Shown here one piece after another: positions 24,239 to 37,683 of a stretch of 64,000 bases of DNA. Each line of letters begins with the position of its first letter. Position 1 is the first letter of the stretch. The stretch comes from Oculina patagonica (Eukaryota). The DNA is taken from contig NC_135759.1 in assembly GCF_052425735.1 (NCBI RefSeq), positions 31,372,001 to 31,436,000 on the forward strand, in the 5' to 3' direction. The notes beneath the pieces were generated by a model, which saw only the letters and a list, made by a program, of their open reading frames with translations, did not search any database and was not told where the DNA came from. The position numbers were made by a program, and so were the translations under genes.

Positions 24239-25854
24239 ACGAAAATTTAAGGATGTCACAACGGTTTAATTTAAGGTTTAATAATAATGGCTGAGTTGCG
24301 CTGTGTCATTTCCTCTACAACGATAAAGACTCTCAACAAGCAGCTATTTCAAAAAGAAATAGTGTTTCGTTTCCAGATTGCGGAAGGGTAAGAATAGTGT
24401 AATGTTTAAGGAGAGATGGGTTTGTGGTTTACTTTAATTTGGAGAAGGTCCTAGTGTATGTTGAATTTGCCGAATTTATGCACGAGTGAAGAATAAAAAG
24501 GACTTCATATTCAGTAGTAACTTAAATTCCCATTTAACACCTACTGTCCATTTTATGTAAAGGAGATATAAACTACGTCCTGCTGCAGTTTGGCTTTCAA
24601 GAGTTCAAGTAACACAGTAACACTTTTTTGCTTAAAAATGGCACCTGATAGCATAACTTTGAATGTTACATGAATGGAAAAATAACTTACAGAAAATATT
24701 TAAATATATTCCTATCGATGTGGGGAAACATCAAACCACAAGAGTAAAATGCAAGATCAGAGTAATGCAATTAATTTAAATGGTTTATTTTTGAAAACAA
24801 ACAATCCTAAAATAAATCAGTTCCATAAATAAAGTGTTTTGTGACTACTGATCTCTGATAAAATGCAAAACAACACTTTAATCGTAGATGAAATTATTAC
24901 CTTTTGACGAAAAGCTTGAGGTATATACTTTTCTGAGTTGATCAGATGCTCAAATCAAATCAATGCCAAATTCAAGACAAACCAAAACCCTGGTCGACAA
25001 GAACAGAGATAAGCACACTGTTTCGAAGCCATTTCTTCAAAATCAAATGCCTGTTCAGTGTCACTTTACAAAGACACGTAAACAACCAGGGAAAATTAAT
25101 GTAAAAAGCTACCATACACAGATTTTTAACCGGGATTTTTAATTAAGCAAAATTCAAGTTTAAAGAAAGTTTTATGCTATATGTTATATATAGTCATACC
25201 AGGATTGTATTTTGCTCGATCCGCGCTGCAGGCTCTCCCGGCAAATATAAAATTATCTCCACAGAATAAGACACAGCCAAGTTGCTTCTGTTGTCAGTGT
25301 AACAGCCTTGCATTGGTAACACTGATAATAACGATTTGCATTTTTGGCGATACTGTGGAGTTTCGATCAGACCGCGATGGCTTTGAATAATCCAAATAAT
25401 GTTTATATCGTGAATTTAACCTCAGAAATCTGCTCCAACAGTTGCAACCAGTGTACCGTAGTTAATGTTGAGCGTTACATCAACTAAGGAGACGAATTTA
25501 GTTCGACACGGCAGTTGCACACCTTGCTATACGATACTGTCCATACAAAATTTAAACTTTGAACAGAACTTGACTGTCTTCTTTTTCGTTCTCAACTTTC
25601 CGTGCAGACTCGAATGTTTTTGCGACGCACGTGACACTGATCGATCACGCAATTCCGGGTACATCCACGCGAGAACCCACGCAATTTTGCGTGTATTCGC
25701 GCTGTTTGTGACGTCGAAGATGCCGTGAATTTTCCTGTACAAATAAAATAGGGCCATCTCCCACATTTATACATTCCTCTGTTACATGAAGTGAAATTAA
25801 CTTTGTAACTCACCTGCAAATATGTACCTTTCTTTGTAGCGCACTTAAGCTCTA

Positions 25855-26530
25855 CCGTGCGAGCAAACACGAGATACGCCAAGTCATCCCGTTTTTCTTT
25901 GCGCTTGCACACACTGGTTGGAGGAAATTTACTTCCGTTTCAGGATAATATTAAACGCTACGAGAGCTTTCTCTAGTTTTCTTACAATACATCGCTTTAA
26001 TCAAACTTAAAACAATTGCAGTCGTTAGATATTTCTGTTTGCAACGAATCTCAATATTTTTGGTCATGCTGAGGAATATATTTCCGATATTTGAAGAACA
26101 TGTTTTTACGAAATTAATTGCCATCGGTCAAATGTATTTACTTTGTGGCTACGACCGTTCTTGTGATTGGATAGCAGCTCCCCGTGCGAGCAAACACGAC
26201 AAGTCAATGAGTCATCCCGTTTTTGTTTGCGCTTGGAAACACTGATTGGTGGAAATTTACTTCCGTTTCAGAAAATCGCTAGAATGTTTACTTAACAATT
26301 AAACGCTACGAGAGCTTTCTCTAGTTTTCTTACAATACATCGCTTTAATCAAACTTAAAACCATTGCAGTCGTCAGATATTTCTGTTTGCAACGAATCTC
26401 AATATTTTTTGATCATGCTGAGGAATATCTTTCCGCTATTTGAAAAACATGTTTTTACGAAATTAATTGCCTTCGGTCAAACGTATTTACTTTGTGGTTG
26501 CGAGCGTTCTTCTGATTGGATAGTAGCCCC
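25855..26530. repeat. Tandem duplication, two units of ~330-350 bp
   Basis: CCGTGCGAGCAAACACGA...ATTAAACGCTACGAGAGCTTTCTCTAG...GATTGGATAG occurs at ~25855-26181 and ~26182-26530. Confidence 0.9.
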
Positions 26531-26711
26531 CACTGTGTAAATAGTTCACATCGAAGCCAAAATAATACCGTATCGTTTCTGAGGAAACGAAACAAAAAGC
26601 TACTGTGGGTAAAATTTTATTTTATGTTCCAGGCGACATTTGCCTTATTACTTTTCTGAACAACCTTCATCAGTACATGTGATTTGACATTATTACTACT
26701 GTTGCCACTTT

Positions 26712-29700
26712 CTAGCAAGCTGATTGATCGTAATTTTTGTGTCGATTTTTGAATTTCGAGTCGTACTCTTTGAAGCATCGTGCTGCCGCACCATCGCATT
26801 CACACAGCGTCTTCTGGCAACGAGAGTTCTTCCCAGCTGTAGAATATAAACATCAATAATAAGTGGGCTTCCTTCCGAGACGAAGGGAATATACATGTAA
26901 TGAACAAAACCNNNNNNNNNNNNNNNNNNNNNNNNNNNNNNNNNNNNNNNNNNNNNNNNNNNNNNNNNNNNNNNNNNNNNNNNNNNNNNNNNNNNNNNNN
27001 NNNNNNNNNNNNNNNNNNNNNNNNNNNNNNNNNNNNNNNNNNNNNNNNNNNNNNNNNNNNNNNNNNNNNNNNNNNNNNNNTTTAACGTCTAGGTCAGGTA
27101 AGAAAGAATTTACTTACAATAACAACATGTAGATAAACGAACTTAACAACAATTAGACTAAGCAACTGATAATAAACCGATAAAAATAATAAATTAATTT
27201 ATTACAAACACTTGCAATCATACATCTACATGAATTTATGCATTCACGCATAACATACGCACACGAACACAACACAGAGACAGACAGACAGACAGACAGA
27301 CAGAGAGCTAGGCTGGCTGGCAGGAGCAGGCAGACAGACAGACAGACAGACAGACAGAGCACAAACAATCACACATACCAACTTAGAACAAAACCGACGA
27401 AAGGATATTAAACAAAACGATCTTATTTGATCAAAGCTCATTATAGCTGACCAACTACTGTTGACCAACTTAACACGAGACTTACAGCCAATTGCATCAC
27501 CCTAAAACTGGCTATTCAGTTTCAAATGTGAGTCACTAGCAACAGCACGATCTCACTATACGAACTAAACAGCCATTTATCCAACCATCTAGGGAAGTGC
27601 GTATTTACCAGAGAAAGAAGCAAAAAACATACATGGTGCTTTGCTCCTCATAAATGCCACGTTCTCCTTTTTTTCAATCGTTAGCTTTATTATAAAGCCA
27701 TAATGAATTAACGAAAATAACCTAGTAGTCAGTGTAAATGTTCATCCTTCCTAAATATGACTTACCACAACCCGTGCAGCCCTTTCTAAAGTAGACAGTT
27801 GTGTACTTTGCTTCTTCGAATGGGCAAATCTTGTTTTTAGTTATGTCACTATAACACTGGTCATGAACATAACAACATCTACGAAGAAACAGAAGAACAT
27901 CAAGTGTTATCTCAGAAACGACTGTAATACAAAGGATGTACTTTATATTATTCAAGGTGGTTTTCCTTTACTTTGTGTCAGAACTATGATAAACATCTCT
28001 AAAAAGCGTTTTTTTTATTCCATTCTAATTACGCGAAGGGTACGCAACCAGTGATTTCAAAATGTATATAAACGTTTAACATATCATGCTTTAATTACTG
28101 ATCGATGGAGTCCACAGCTCTCCTAATCCGCAGTAGCAAATTATAGTCAATGAATTCCCAAACTTTGTTTCTTTTCTTGATTCAGTATTACGGCAGCATT
28201 GTGATTTGACGTTAATCCTGTTATCTTTTTAACTTTTACGGTATAAACAACAAAACCGCCAGCTGTTTGGATACATAACAAATTAAAAATACTTTTGGAA
28301 ATATAAACGAGAGATTTCCTTCTCAAACTCATTAATAATTCATGACGTTATAAGCCAACCAGAGCGCCCCATTCGGGTCAGGTGGATGAGTTGGAAACTC
28401 AATGAAACACCAGTTGAAAATCACTAGTGTTTCATCACGTTTTCATCACTAGTGTTTCATCACGTTTTCATCACTAGTGAAAAAATTGTTCTTAATCTGC
28501 ATATTCATATATTACTCAAACACAGCTTTACATGAATCATTAATTTTTAATAAACAATGACCAGGAAAAACATTTCAAATTACAAACTGACAAGCCTAAG
28601 TCATTTGAAATTAAAGTTTACAGTACATTTCTTAAAGTCGCCAAAACAGACTGGCATAGTATCCATATCCACATTCTGAGAAACTTAAGCGGCGTAAGCG
28701 GCGTAAGCGGCTGAACTTAACGGCTTAACGGCTTAGCGGCTTAACGTAAGCGGCTGAACTTTGTGCAATTCATACTCTTTAAAAACTCCACCAACCTCGA
28801 GTATTGGAACATTGACACTTCGCACTCGTTGCCAATCCTCAAAAATCCCTATTGCCCACTTATTTTTATATCTGGTAGACTTCGGTACTGCTCTCTCTAC
28901 GCAAAGTTCTTCTTCCTCGATTGTTTTCGGGGAGCGAAACCTTCCTTCGGCCATGGCAAAAACAATATGTAAATCCCTTCAAGTTCACAACGCTTTTAGA
29001 ATACAAATTTGGTGCAACGCGAAACTATTGGATAATTAAAAACAAAAGCTCACAAATACAATGAATGCCGACTGAATACAACAAATCACACATACAAGGC
29101 ATTTTAAAGAAAAATGGGAAAAAATACGACACTGCATAATTTTGTATTGTTTCTTTAGAGAAGTCATTTCAAAAACTCGTGCATCGTGTTTCATCACGAT
29201 TTCCAAACACTCGAAAACAGATGAAAGCACTCGGCCGAAGCGGCCTCGTGCTTTCATCTGTTTTCTCGTGTTTGGAAATCGTGATGAAACACTCGCACTC
29301 GTTTTTGAAATAGTACTTCTTTACACCCCCAACCGGGACTCCTAGTCCAACGAGTCAGTCAAACCAAGGATGTAACTTCCTGAAATTTGCCGTGAATACA
29401 AGCAGTGATTAATCTGACAGTCCAACCGATTCCAACCTATTCCATATCTTCTTGATACTGTACGTTTTAAAATATATTTACCGATCAATCTCGTCCACAG
29501 GGTCTCCTTTTCCTCCTAATCCACACCAGCAGCCATAGCCATTGTAGTCAAGTGGATTTCTTCCAACTTTACACCAGATCATGGCACCAAACTGGGCTGC
29601 ATTTCTTTTTGTCCGCGTCACAAACTTGCCTGCTGGTCAATATTTTAAAAGTTAGAGTAAGAAAAGTGTCTATTTAACAATTATTCACCGAAGTGGAGGT

Positions 29701-31959
29701 GAATAGTACTTTTCTAATCACCTTCGAGGTAACCAATCAGCGAGCGCGAAAGGCACTATTCACTTGTGTGGTATATGTACTAAATAACTGATAGCTAATG
29801 TTTCACAGTACGTATTTACAATAAGAGCTTGGTAATATCGTTACCAAAATCTGAAAAAGTGCGCACCTGCACTTGTGGGCCTACTGTTTCATAGACTATA
29901 GCATTTTAGTAGACACTCATCGAATCTAATTGGTTTTTCCATTGCTTTCTATTTGAACAATAGAATATTTCTGTCGAGGAACTGTCAGCTGATAGTTGCC
30001 TGGCGGAAATTTAATGTTCTTTAAACAAATATCTTTAAAGAAAAAATAAAATGGTATATTATACGCTCACGTGGAAAATGTGGGATTGAGTTTTCCACTC
30101 GAGTCACGTTCGTCGAAGGGACAGCGTGAGATGTTGCTGCCGATTCCTCGTTTCTTTGGCAGTTTGGTGCCACAGGCGAATTGTATACATTTTGTTTTAC
30201 ATTAACGGGTGTTGATTGCCCTTCAACGTCGACATTCACGCTTGTTTCGTGGTGCATTTTTCCATTCTGGCGCCGTTGACGTTGACGTTGTAAGCCCCGC
30301 GACCGGCATCAAAACAATAACAGAGGCGCGCAAGGTATTATGTTTGATAGGGAACCTTTAAAGAACATCACAATTCCAAGAGGCAACTATCAGACCGATA
30401 GTTCCGAGAACTATCGGTTATCGTTTTTATTGTTCACTACTAACTTTTCTTCTACGCGCCCATTCAAAAACGAGCAACTTGAACTATTTTTTACTTTTTA
30501 GGATAAAATACTTAATTGAAAGCCGAAATGTAACAAACAATTCAGTGAATTTGGTGGTTTTTTTGTCTGTAATTCCGCTTGTTTACAAAAAATTCACGGC
30601 CGAGTACTATCGCGTCACATGATCAATTTAAACCAATCAGAATCGGAGAAAATTTAGTGGTGAACTATAATCGCTGATAGAACAATCCGGCGCGCGAGCG
30701 TTGCTCTTGAAGGGGAAATTATTCTTGATTTTTGGCCTAAAACCAAGTAATATTTTAGTGTTCAAACAATTAGACTACAACCCCGAGCTTTCTACGAGCG
30801 ATAGTCAACTCGGCTGCATCTCGATGACTATTTCCACATCGAAAACGCATGGTCTGATTGCTTTCTGACTTTACACCGGACCTTCCAGCTAAGAAACCCA
30901 TCCGTTCAACACTTTGAATAAATATTTTATTTCTGCTTTTCACGAACCATTAGATTCCTACTAGATAGACGCTTGTTCAGTAACAGATACACATAAGACG
31001 TAACATCTTTGGAAAGCGCATCAGTGATGATTTAAATGCGCCTATAGCTAAGCAAAGCATTGTGTGGAGTGACGTGTGCGAATCACGTCACAATGCATCT
31101 GTAAACAAGAGCAAGAGCCTATGGAAACTATTGCTGTCTTATTTTCTCACGGAATAAAAATTGCCAACAGCAGAAAATAGCTCTAATAAGGCCGTTCTCC
31201 AAAACAATGCAATTAATATAGATATTCATGTTATTTAATTACGTTTTCAGCGGCTCTAAATCAAGTATTCAGTCATAAATTGCAACATACCTGTTTCATC
31301 ACCGATGGTGTCTTTCGCGCTAACGGGATCCTAATGTTCATTGCATGCAGGTTTTTTAAAACAAAGAGACAAATTGAACATACAGTTAACTGCATTTTAA
31401 AGTTATCGTATACAGTTGAACCTGACAACGCCAAAGGAATTAATTCTACTGATCATTCATTTTTGCTGCGGACATTGTCTTAAAATTTGAAGGTGAATTT
31501 TAAAATATTCCCTTACTCGTTTCTAAATGCAGGGACGGATAAAACACTGAAGATATTAAAATGCTATACTTAAAGACATTACGTTATTTTCTTTTTTTGC
31601 GAGTCTTGCGAAATGATAGATGCAAATCAGGGACAAAAAAGTAGTGTGTTGTCGTCAAATGCTATAATCTTTACCTTTGGGTGTTATAACTAAATTTTAA
31701 TTTTTTTACCTTATTAAAAACTGAGATGCAATTATTAATATGCCAAAGACCAGGGCACGGTATTACCTATTCTAGCTCTAGGCTTCCTTAATTTTGGTTC
31801 ACAGTGTAAACAATGAGAGTGTCTCGATGAGTAACTCTGTTCTTATCCTTACCCTCGTTGAGTTATATCTAAAATAAAACACGGTACCTTTTCTACTGAA
31901 GGAAAGGAATATCCGCCTTTGATTAGTGTCAAGGCAATAAAGATCAACATCGCATGCAT
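26712..31959 (-). CDS. Secreted phospholipase A2, copy B, 5 exons, 165 aa
   Basis: complement(join(26712..26836,27766..27878,29482..29629,31291..31330,31888..31959)). [46 protein letters not shown]|[11 protein letters not shown]...[28 protein letters not shown]...[16 protein letters not shown]...QSAC*. An assembly gap lies in intron 4. Confidence 0.9.
26912..27080. other. Assembly gap (N run)
   Basis: 169 N. Confidence 1.
27278..27356. repeat. (GACA)n microsatellite
   Basis: Two GACA tracts; a matching tract lies in the equivalent intron of PLA2-C. Confidence 0.9.
28265..29322 (-). mobile_element. Internally deleted Crypton-like element in PLA2-B intron 3
   Basis: ORF 28733..28954 ([42 protein letters not shown]) resembles Crypton/DUF3504 recombinase N-termini (RF...vPk.T.....WA...F..W). 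Hairpin at 29159-29320; 25-bp tandem repeat at ~28420-28479. The left boundary is approximate. Confidence 0.65.
29948..30860. mobile_element. Hairpin-ended non-autonomous repeat(s) in PLA2-B intron 2
   Basis: CTGATAGTTGCC / GGCAACTATCAG inverted motif; terminal hairpin at 30767-30860 related to 59654-59765. Confidence 0.5.
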
Positions 31960-34525
31960 TTTCACGGATTGTGAATCTATGCTTAAACAACAAGTGTGTC
32001 TTTCATTTCAAGAAAATGATTTTGTTTAAACAACTTTGTCAATAAGCGATAATTATTCCTCTATACAACCCGAAAGTCAACTGTCGGACATATTCAAATT
32101 GAGGTTGTATTTCAGTGTATATTATTTTCTTGATGATTAGCAGATAATCTTCATTGAAATTTTTGGCGATCTCCAAACGGCTTCCTACAAAAGGCAAAAT
32201 AACAGCGAGTGTACGTTAAGTGGCCTCAAAGTTCTTAAAACTGGCATTTTTCAAAGTGAATTTAAAAATTCACACAGAATTGGTTTTAATACATATTCAC
32301 TACAGGTAATAAGATCTTGTTGACGCAGCTGTTTAGTGCGACAGGAACGGCCTTGGAGCCTTACTCACCACGCTTAACTTTTTCTCAATGTAGAAAATGC
32401 TTCTGAAACGACCAGCTTCTCAAATGGAGCATAATTATACATAAAAATGCGAAGAGTGGGACGTTTATATTTCCATATTTTAACTGACTCGATAATCGGT
32501 TTTTGTTATCCCACGTAGCCAAACTCCAACCAGAAGAAAGTGCAGGGGCGGACGGCTTGTGTCCTAAAACCAGGCTGCTCCAGGCGGATGGGGCTTGGAG
32601 AAGGAAGAACTCTGATCCTAAATCCGGGTGGATGGGTACTCGTTAGCCCAGGAAGGCGCAACCATCTCGGGAATGGGAAACTCTGAGAGGAAAACCAGCC
32701 GGTCCTCCAGGCTCGAAGGAGTGGGGGGGTTGGGACGAGCGGCCAATGTGAAGCTTCGCGCGGGCCCCCTACTCGCCTGAAAACTTATTATTATTTTTTT
32801 ATTGGCTTTCAGTCCCTCGATCTAAATACTACTTCTTACTAATTCCTGTTCATTTCACGTAAACTTAGTTCTGTGAATTTGGTCGTTCATCGACACATCA
32901 GTATCTTCCGGTCTATGATTTTTTCCTATTTTTGTTACCTGCTTTCTAAATATACCATAACTAGGCCACCCCTCGAAATAAGCCCTTCCAAGCAGACCCC
33001 CTATCTAAGACGCCAGCTCCTTTCGAAAATAGCTCTCCCCCCGAATAATAAGGCCTTGGAGTTAACTTCTTCCGATTATACGCCTTATTTGGAGAGCTCG
33101 TTTATTGTATTTACGATAAACTCAGTGGTGCTCATTTAACGACTACAAATTTTGTGTTTCATCGTTATGTTTAGAAAGTTCTACCATAACATGTTTCACA
33201 CGCGACATCTCTTTCAAATATTAACCAAAAAATTTTGAAACGTGAACTTCTTTCAGATAATAAGCCGTCCCCCCTCCCCCAGAAGAAAATACACCCTGCA
33301 GCCAAAAGCCTATGTAACAAATGTAAGTTGTCGGAATTTCACTGTAGATATTAGCTGGTGAAATGCTGCACGTTTCAATTCAGAAGTTGGCATATAGAAA
33401 AACGTGAGCTAAACTTACATAACACTATGGTCAAGTTCATTAGCCCTGTTTTGTCTAATGTGCTTTTGATTCTATATTCGTTTTTTTTCCTCCGTGCCTC
33501 CGTGCACGACCAAGCTTGTTTTGATTTATTTCAAAATGACAGATCACATGGATCGCTCAAGCTATAACTGCTTATTATTTGTTCCCTACCAGCACTCGTA
33601 TTGTCGACTGTATTTTTTTCGGTACCATTTGACGAAGACGTAGAACTTCAATTTTTCCACAAAATTTGCACAGATGATTCTATGAAATTCAAACGCTTTA
33701 GAATTAACGTTGTCATAGTCACTGCCTAGGTCAAAATGATAAAATTTTGTTTTGTCTCTCCCCAATGACATTAAGGCGCCCTATAAGTTTCAAGACTCGT
33801 TTACCCGTTTGTACCTAAGTAAACTGCAGGTGCCAAAAACAATTAACTGTTTCAAAAGCTTTGCAATGACTTGCAGCAGTTTTTTTTTGGAAATAAGTAG
33901 AGCCAATTAAACTTACTGTAACAGTGCCAACATTGTGTAGTCTAGTCATTAGATGTATAAAAATATAAGAGTATTTCTTTTTAGCTGAATTTTTAAATAT
34001 GGTAAGGTATCAACTTATTACTCTCAGCCATCTGGAAAAAACAAAACAAAACAGAAGTAGAGTGTACTCGTCAGCTGAAACAAAAATTAGTAGCGTCACC
34101 AATTGTACCAAACCACACTCTACCAGACCCCTCCTATTTCGGATATGTACATATGAACTGAAAGAATATTTATAGCAGAAAAACGCAAAAAAAAAGTTAT
34201 TAGTGAATATGTTTTGTGTTTTAATCTTTTTTTATAGTAGTTCAAATCTTCCGCTCTAAAAATAGGTTAAACTTAAAGACAGAAAATGAAACCAATGGCT
34301 TTCAGAATATCTACTTTTATTTACGTCAACGTTTTGACAAATTTTCTGAAAACTACTTAATACCCCTTTGTGAAACGTCATCGCTTCTGCATGCATTGCG
34401 TGAATTTTAAAATGATAGTGTGTAATCCTTATTACAGTGGTGTGGTGACATAAAGACTTCTTCTTGTGCTTGTATCTATTACTATCACTGCATGTCTTTG
34501 TCCATGATATTTGAGACGCCTCAAT

Positions 34526-34943
34526 CTAGCAATTTGATTGAGCGTGGTTTTTGTATCGATTTCGGAATTTAGAGTCGTAGTTTTTGAAGCATCGTGCCGC
34601 CGCACCATCGCATTCACACAGTTCCTTCTGACAACGAGAGTTCCCCAAGAACCACCATGACGATCTGCGCACTGAGGGAGGGAAACAGCAACAATAAGTT
34701 TAGCGGGCTTTCCTCCGACACTTAGTACGGAAAGATAAAAGAAATCACATTATATGGTAAATTTTCTTTACAGCGGAATATAGAAATCAATAGTTCAAGC
34801 AACTACGTAGATAAATGAATAAATAGGATAATAAATAAATAAATAAACAGACAAACAAATAAATAAACATTTTATTTATTAAAAAACCGTACAAGCGTGC
34901 ATACATGAATAGCCACAAACACGCACAGAACTATATATCCATC

Positions 34944-34974
<31 letters not shown>

Positions 34975-36787
34975 ACGCAGACCATCACCCAATCACCCAC
35001 CCAACCACCCATCCATCCATCCATCCATCCATCCATCCATCCATCCATCCATCCATCCATCCATCCATCCATCCATCCATCCATCTATTTCTTTCATCCT
35101 GATCCATCCATCCAACCAACCCACCAACCATTAAACCAGCCCACCGACCAGTCAACCAACCAACCAATCAACCAGGGAAATAGACATCAGCCGATAGAAA
35201 GCAGTGATCAACAAACAGATCAACTAATTGAAAAAATGTGGGCTTAACTTTTCATAAGTGTATCGTTCGCCTTTCTTCAATCACTTTTCAAAGCCATAAA
35301 AAATTATCCTCCTCTATATGACTTACCACAACCCGTGCAACCCTTTCTTAAGTAGGTAGTTGTGTACACCGCTTCTCTGAAGGGGCAAATCTTTTTCTTT
35401 ATTATGTTATTATAACAAAGGTCGTGGACATAACAACATCTAGGAGGAAACAGAAAAACTTTAATGTTATCTCAGAGAAGATAACAAAATACTTAACTCT
35501 CAGCTATTCAAATTTTCAAACTAAAGGATGTGCTTTAGTATCATTTTTACCGAAAAGCGGAGGGTACGCAATCTTTAAACAGCAATTTAAAATACATCAT
35601 CAGGTTTTATATATAGATGTTAACATGACTTGCTATAGTTACCGATCAATCTCGTCCACAGGGTTTCCTTTTCCTCCTAATCCACACCAGCAGCCATAGC
35701 CATTGTAGTCAATTGGATTTCTTTTAACTTTACACCAGATCATGGCACCAAACTGGGCTGGATTTCTTTTTGTTAACGTTTTGAACGTACCTGCGTCATA
35801 TGGTAAAAAAACATTCATGTAACCAAATGATTATTACTATTTTAGCTAAATTTGTCGCAAGTCTAGACAAGTGGTTCTGCTTAAATTAATTTCCCCGATA
35901 GGGCCGGGGTAATTGGTAAAATGGGCCGAGAATTTACCTCATAATATAAACTATTTCGAAGCTTGTACTGAGTAACGCTTCGGGGGAAAAGACTTTTTGG
36001 TCCTGGAAGATCGTGTTTATCTAAATATTATATGGAGTGTAAAGAACATGGATCAACAAACGGAGTGCAAATTCTGCAGAAAATGCCAGGGAGCCAGAAT
36101 GTAGAAGATAGAAACTTTGAGAAGCTTTTTTTTTTATTAAGAGTTGGATTTTAACTTTTACATAAAAATAATGAATTGCTGTTTCGCTGACGTCGTACAC
36201 AACAGGAGCCATTTGTTGTAAAGTAAACATCATTCTTGGAATGCATTAAGGTTACTCAGTTAAATCCTTGGCGACGTCGTTTGCTAGGTGTTTGACTTCC
36301 AAACTTTACGTGCTAAAATTTAGGATATTTCATGTTTAATGTTCCTATTCGTTATATTAACCCGGTTCACTGGTTATAACCTCATGCTTGGAAACAAGTG
36401 AAGATAGCCAAGGCCGTAACCAGACTTTTGGCAAAGACGAGGCGAAATGGGTGATCGCTCATAGCGCGAGCCGTAGATTTTGAAATCTAGATGCAAAAAC
36501 GCTATTTGCAGCGTTTTTACAAGGTTTTTCTTCTGAAAAGTCAATCTTGTTCAACTGTGAATTATTTTCCCAACTAAACGTTTTATTTTTTAATTTTTTT
36601 TGTGTAAATCTAGACGAGGCAAGTGTCTCGTCCTGCCTCTTGCTAGTTACGGCCCTGAAGATAGCTGCAAGGGGCAGCTTCATTTACCTTCATTGGTCGC
36701 GTCTGAAGAACCATCTGTAAACGACATGGCTGCCGCACTCGGGGCAACAAGTGCAAGGCAAGAGAGAAGCAAGAAAACGCTCTTCAT
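34526..36787 (-). CDS. Secreted phospholipase A2, copy C (strongly basic), 4 coding exons, 168 aa
   Basis: complement(join(34526..34671,35327..35439,35643..35790,36688..36787)). [42 protein letters not shown]|[50 protein letters not shown]...[16 protein letters not shown]...QSNC*. The leader exon is inferred from its signal-peptide character and phase-1 GT donor. Confidence 0.85.
34943..35172. repeat. Compound microsatellite (GACA)n-(CCAT)n-(CCAA)n
   Basis: Directly visible. Confidence 0.95.
36409..36657. mobile_element. hAT-like MITE (8-bp TSD) in PLA2-C intron 1
   Basis: AAGATAGC|CAAGGCCGTAACCAG ... CTAGTTACGGCCCTG|AAGATAGC. Confidence 0.85.
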
Positions 36788-37683
36788 AGCTAATGACAAC
36801 CTGCCCTTAAATCCACCGTCTAACACTGCTGTATTCTCGTGAATTATTTCGTAGCTATTTTCGTCATTCAGTTAAAGCGGAAAAAATATTTTCTTTTGTT
36901 CGACTTTTTCCTGTTTCAATAAAATTAAAAATACAACAATTATGACGACAGAGCCGTTTGCATGATATTGTCTAATTTCATTAAACTGAGATGTTTCTAG
37001 AATAGAAGAGCCGTTTGTTTATGATCGCGTTTAGTTAGTCAGCGTTAAAAAATACTTACTACTGCTTCAGTTCTCCAAATAACTGCGATGACCTTCCACT
37101 GATATATAAAATTCGCCTGTACACTGACTGACGTAAATAATTAAAAAGCTTGTTTATATAAATAACACTATCTAAAATGCAAAAGACCGAGCCTTCATTT
37201 TTATTTAACTAACAACGTTTCAAAAACAGAATACTAATGCTAGTGTCTCGTAAATATCTTGTTCGCTTTATAAGCATATTTTTTTCGTGATCAGCCAGAC
37301 TTTCTCCCATGCAGTAAAAAAATTAATTAAAAGTCTTGGACCATGTGCTTCCAGTTAACGTCTCTTCCTTTTATTTAACGTAATTTTTTTAAAACATAAT
37401 AAAACATTAATGACGTTCAACAAGCAGTATCACAGTTTTGCATTCAAGTAAAAGGCTTTCACCTGACCGTTATCAGGAAATGAACCATTAACATTGATCT
37501 CGTCCATGGGAAAAGACCTTCTGCAAATAATTAAAAAATACGTATCAAAATAAATCTTAGAAATTTATTGAAATCAACAGGTATTTGCATTAGTTTCTTA
37601 ACGACAAAATTCCCGAATCTGATTGGTTCTTATATCACGCCTTGTTTGAAAACAGATTAGATTTTCTAGCGGTGTACTTTAGC

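Noticed and set aside
32510-32790. GC-rich patch resembling a LINE (RTE-like) 5' region upstream of PLA2-B
   Set aside because: I could not define an ORF, TSD or boundaries, so it is too weak to call.
34872-35167. MDGW / HPSI repeat proteins (also LSVC ORFs at 27153-27468)
   Set aside because: These are translations of (CCAT)n and (GACA)n microsatellites.
37463-37520. Possible additional minus-strand PLA2-C leader exon (RSFPMDEINVNGSFPDNGQ)
   Set aside because: The splice signals are plausible, but I found no compatible upstream start exon and 36688-36787 already gives a full leader; it could be UTR.
16019-37590. General enrichment of ATGCAAAT octamers and CAGCTG boxes near the protease and PLA2 promoters
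   Set aside because: Several hits are expected by chance in 64 kb of AT-rich DNA, and the A/B sites are explained by promoter paralogy; only the E/F 17-mer was kept.
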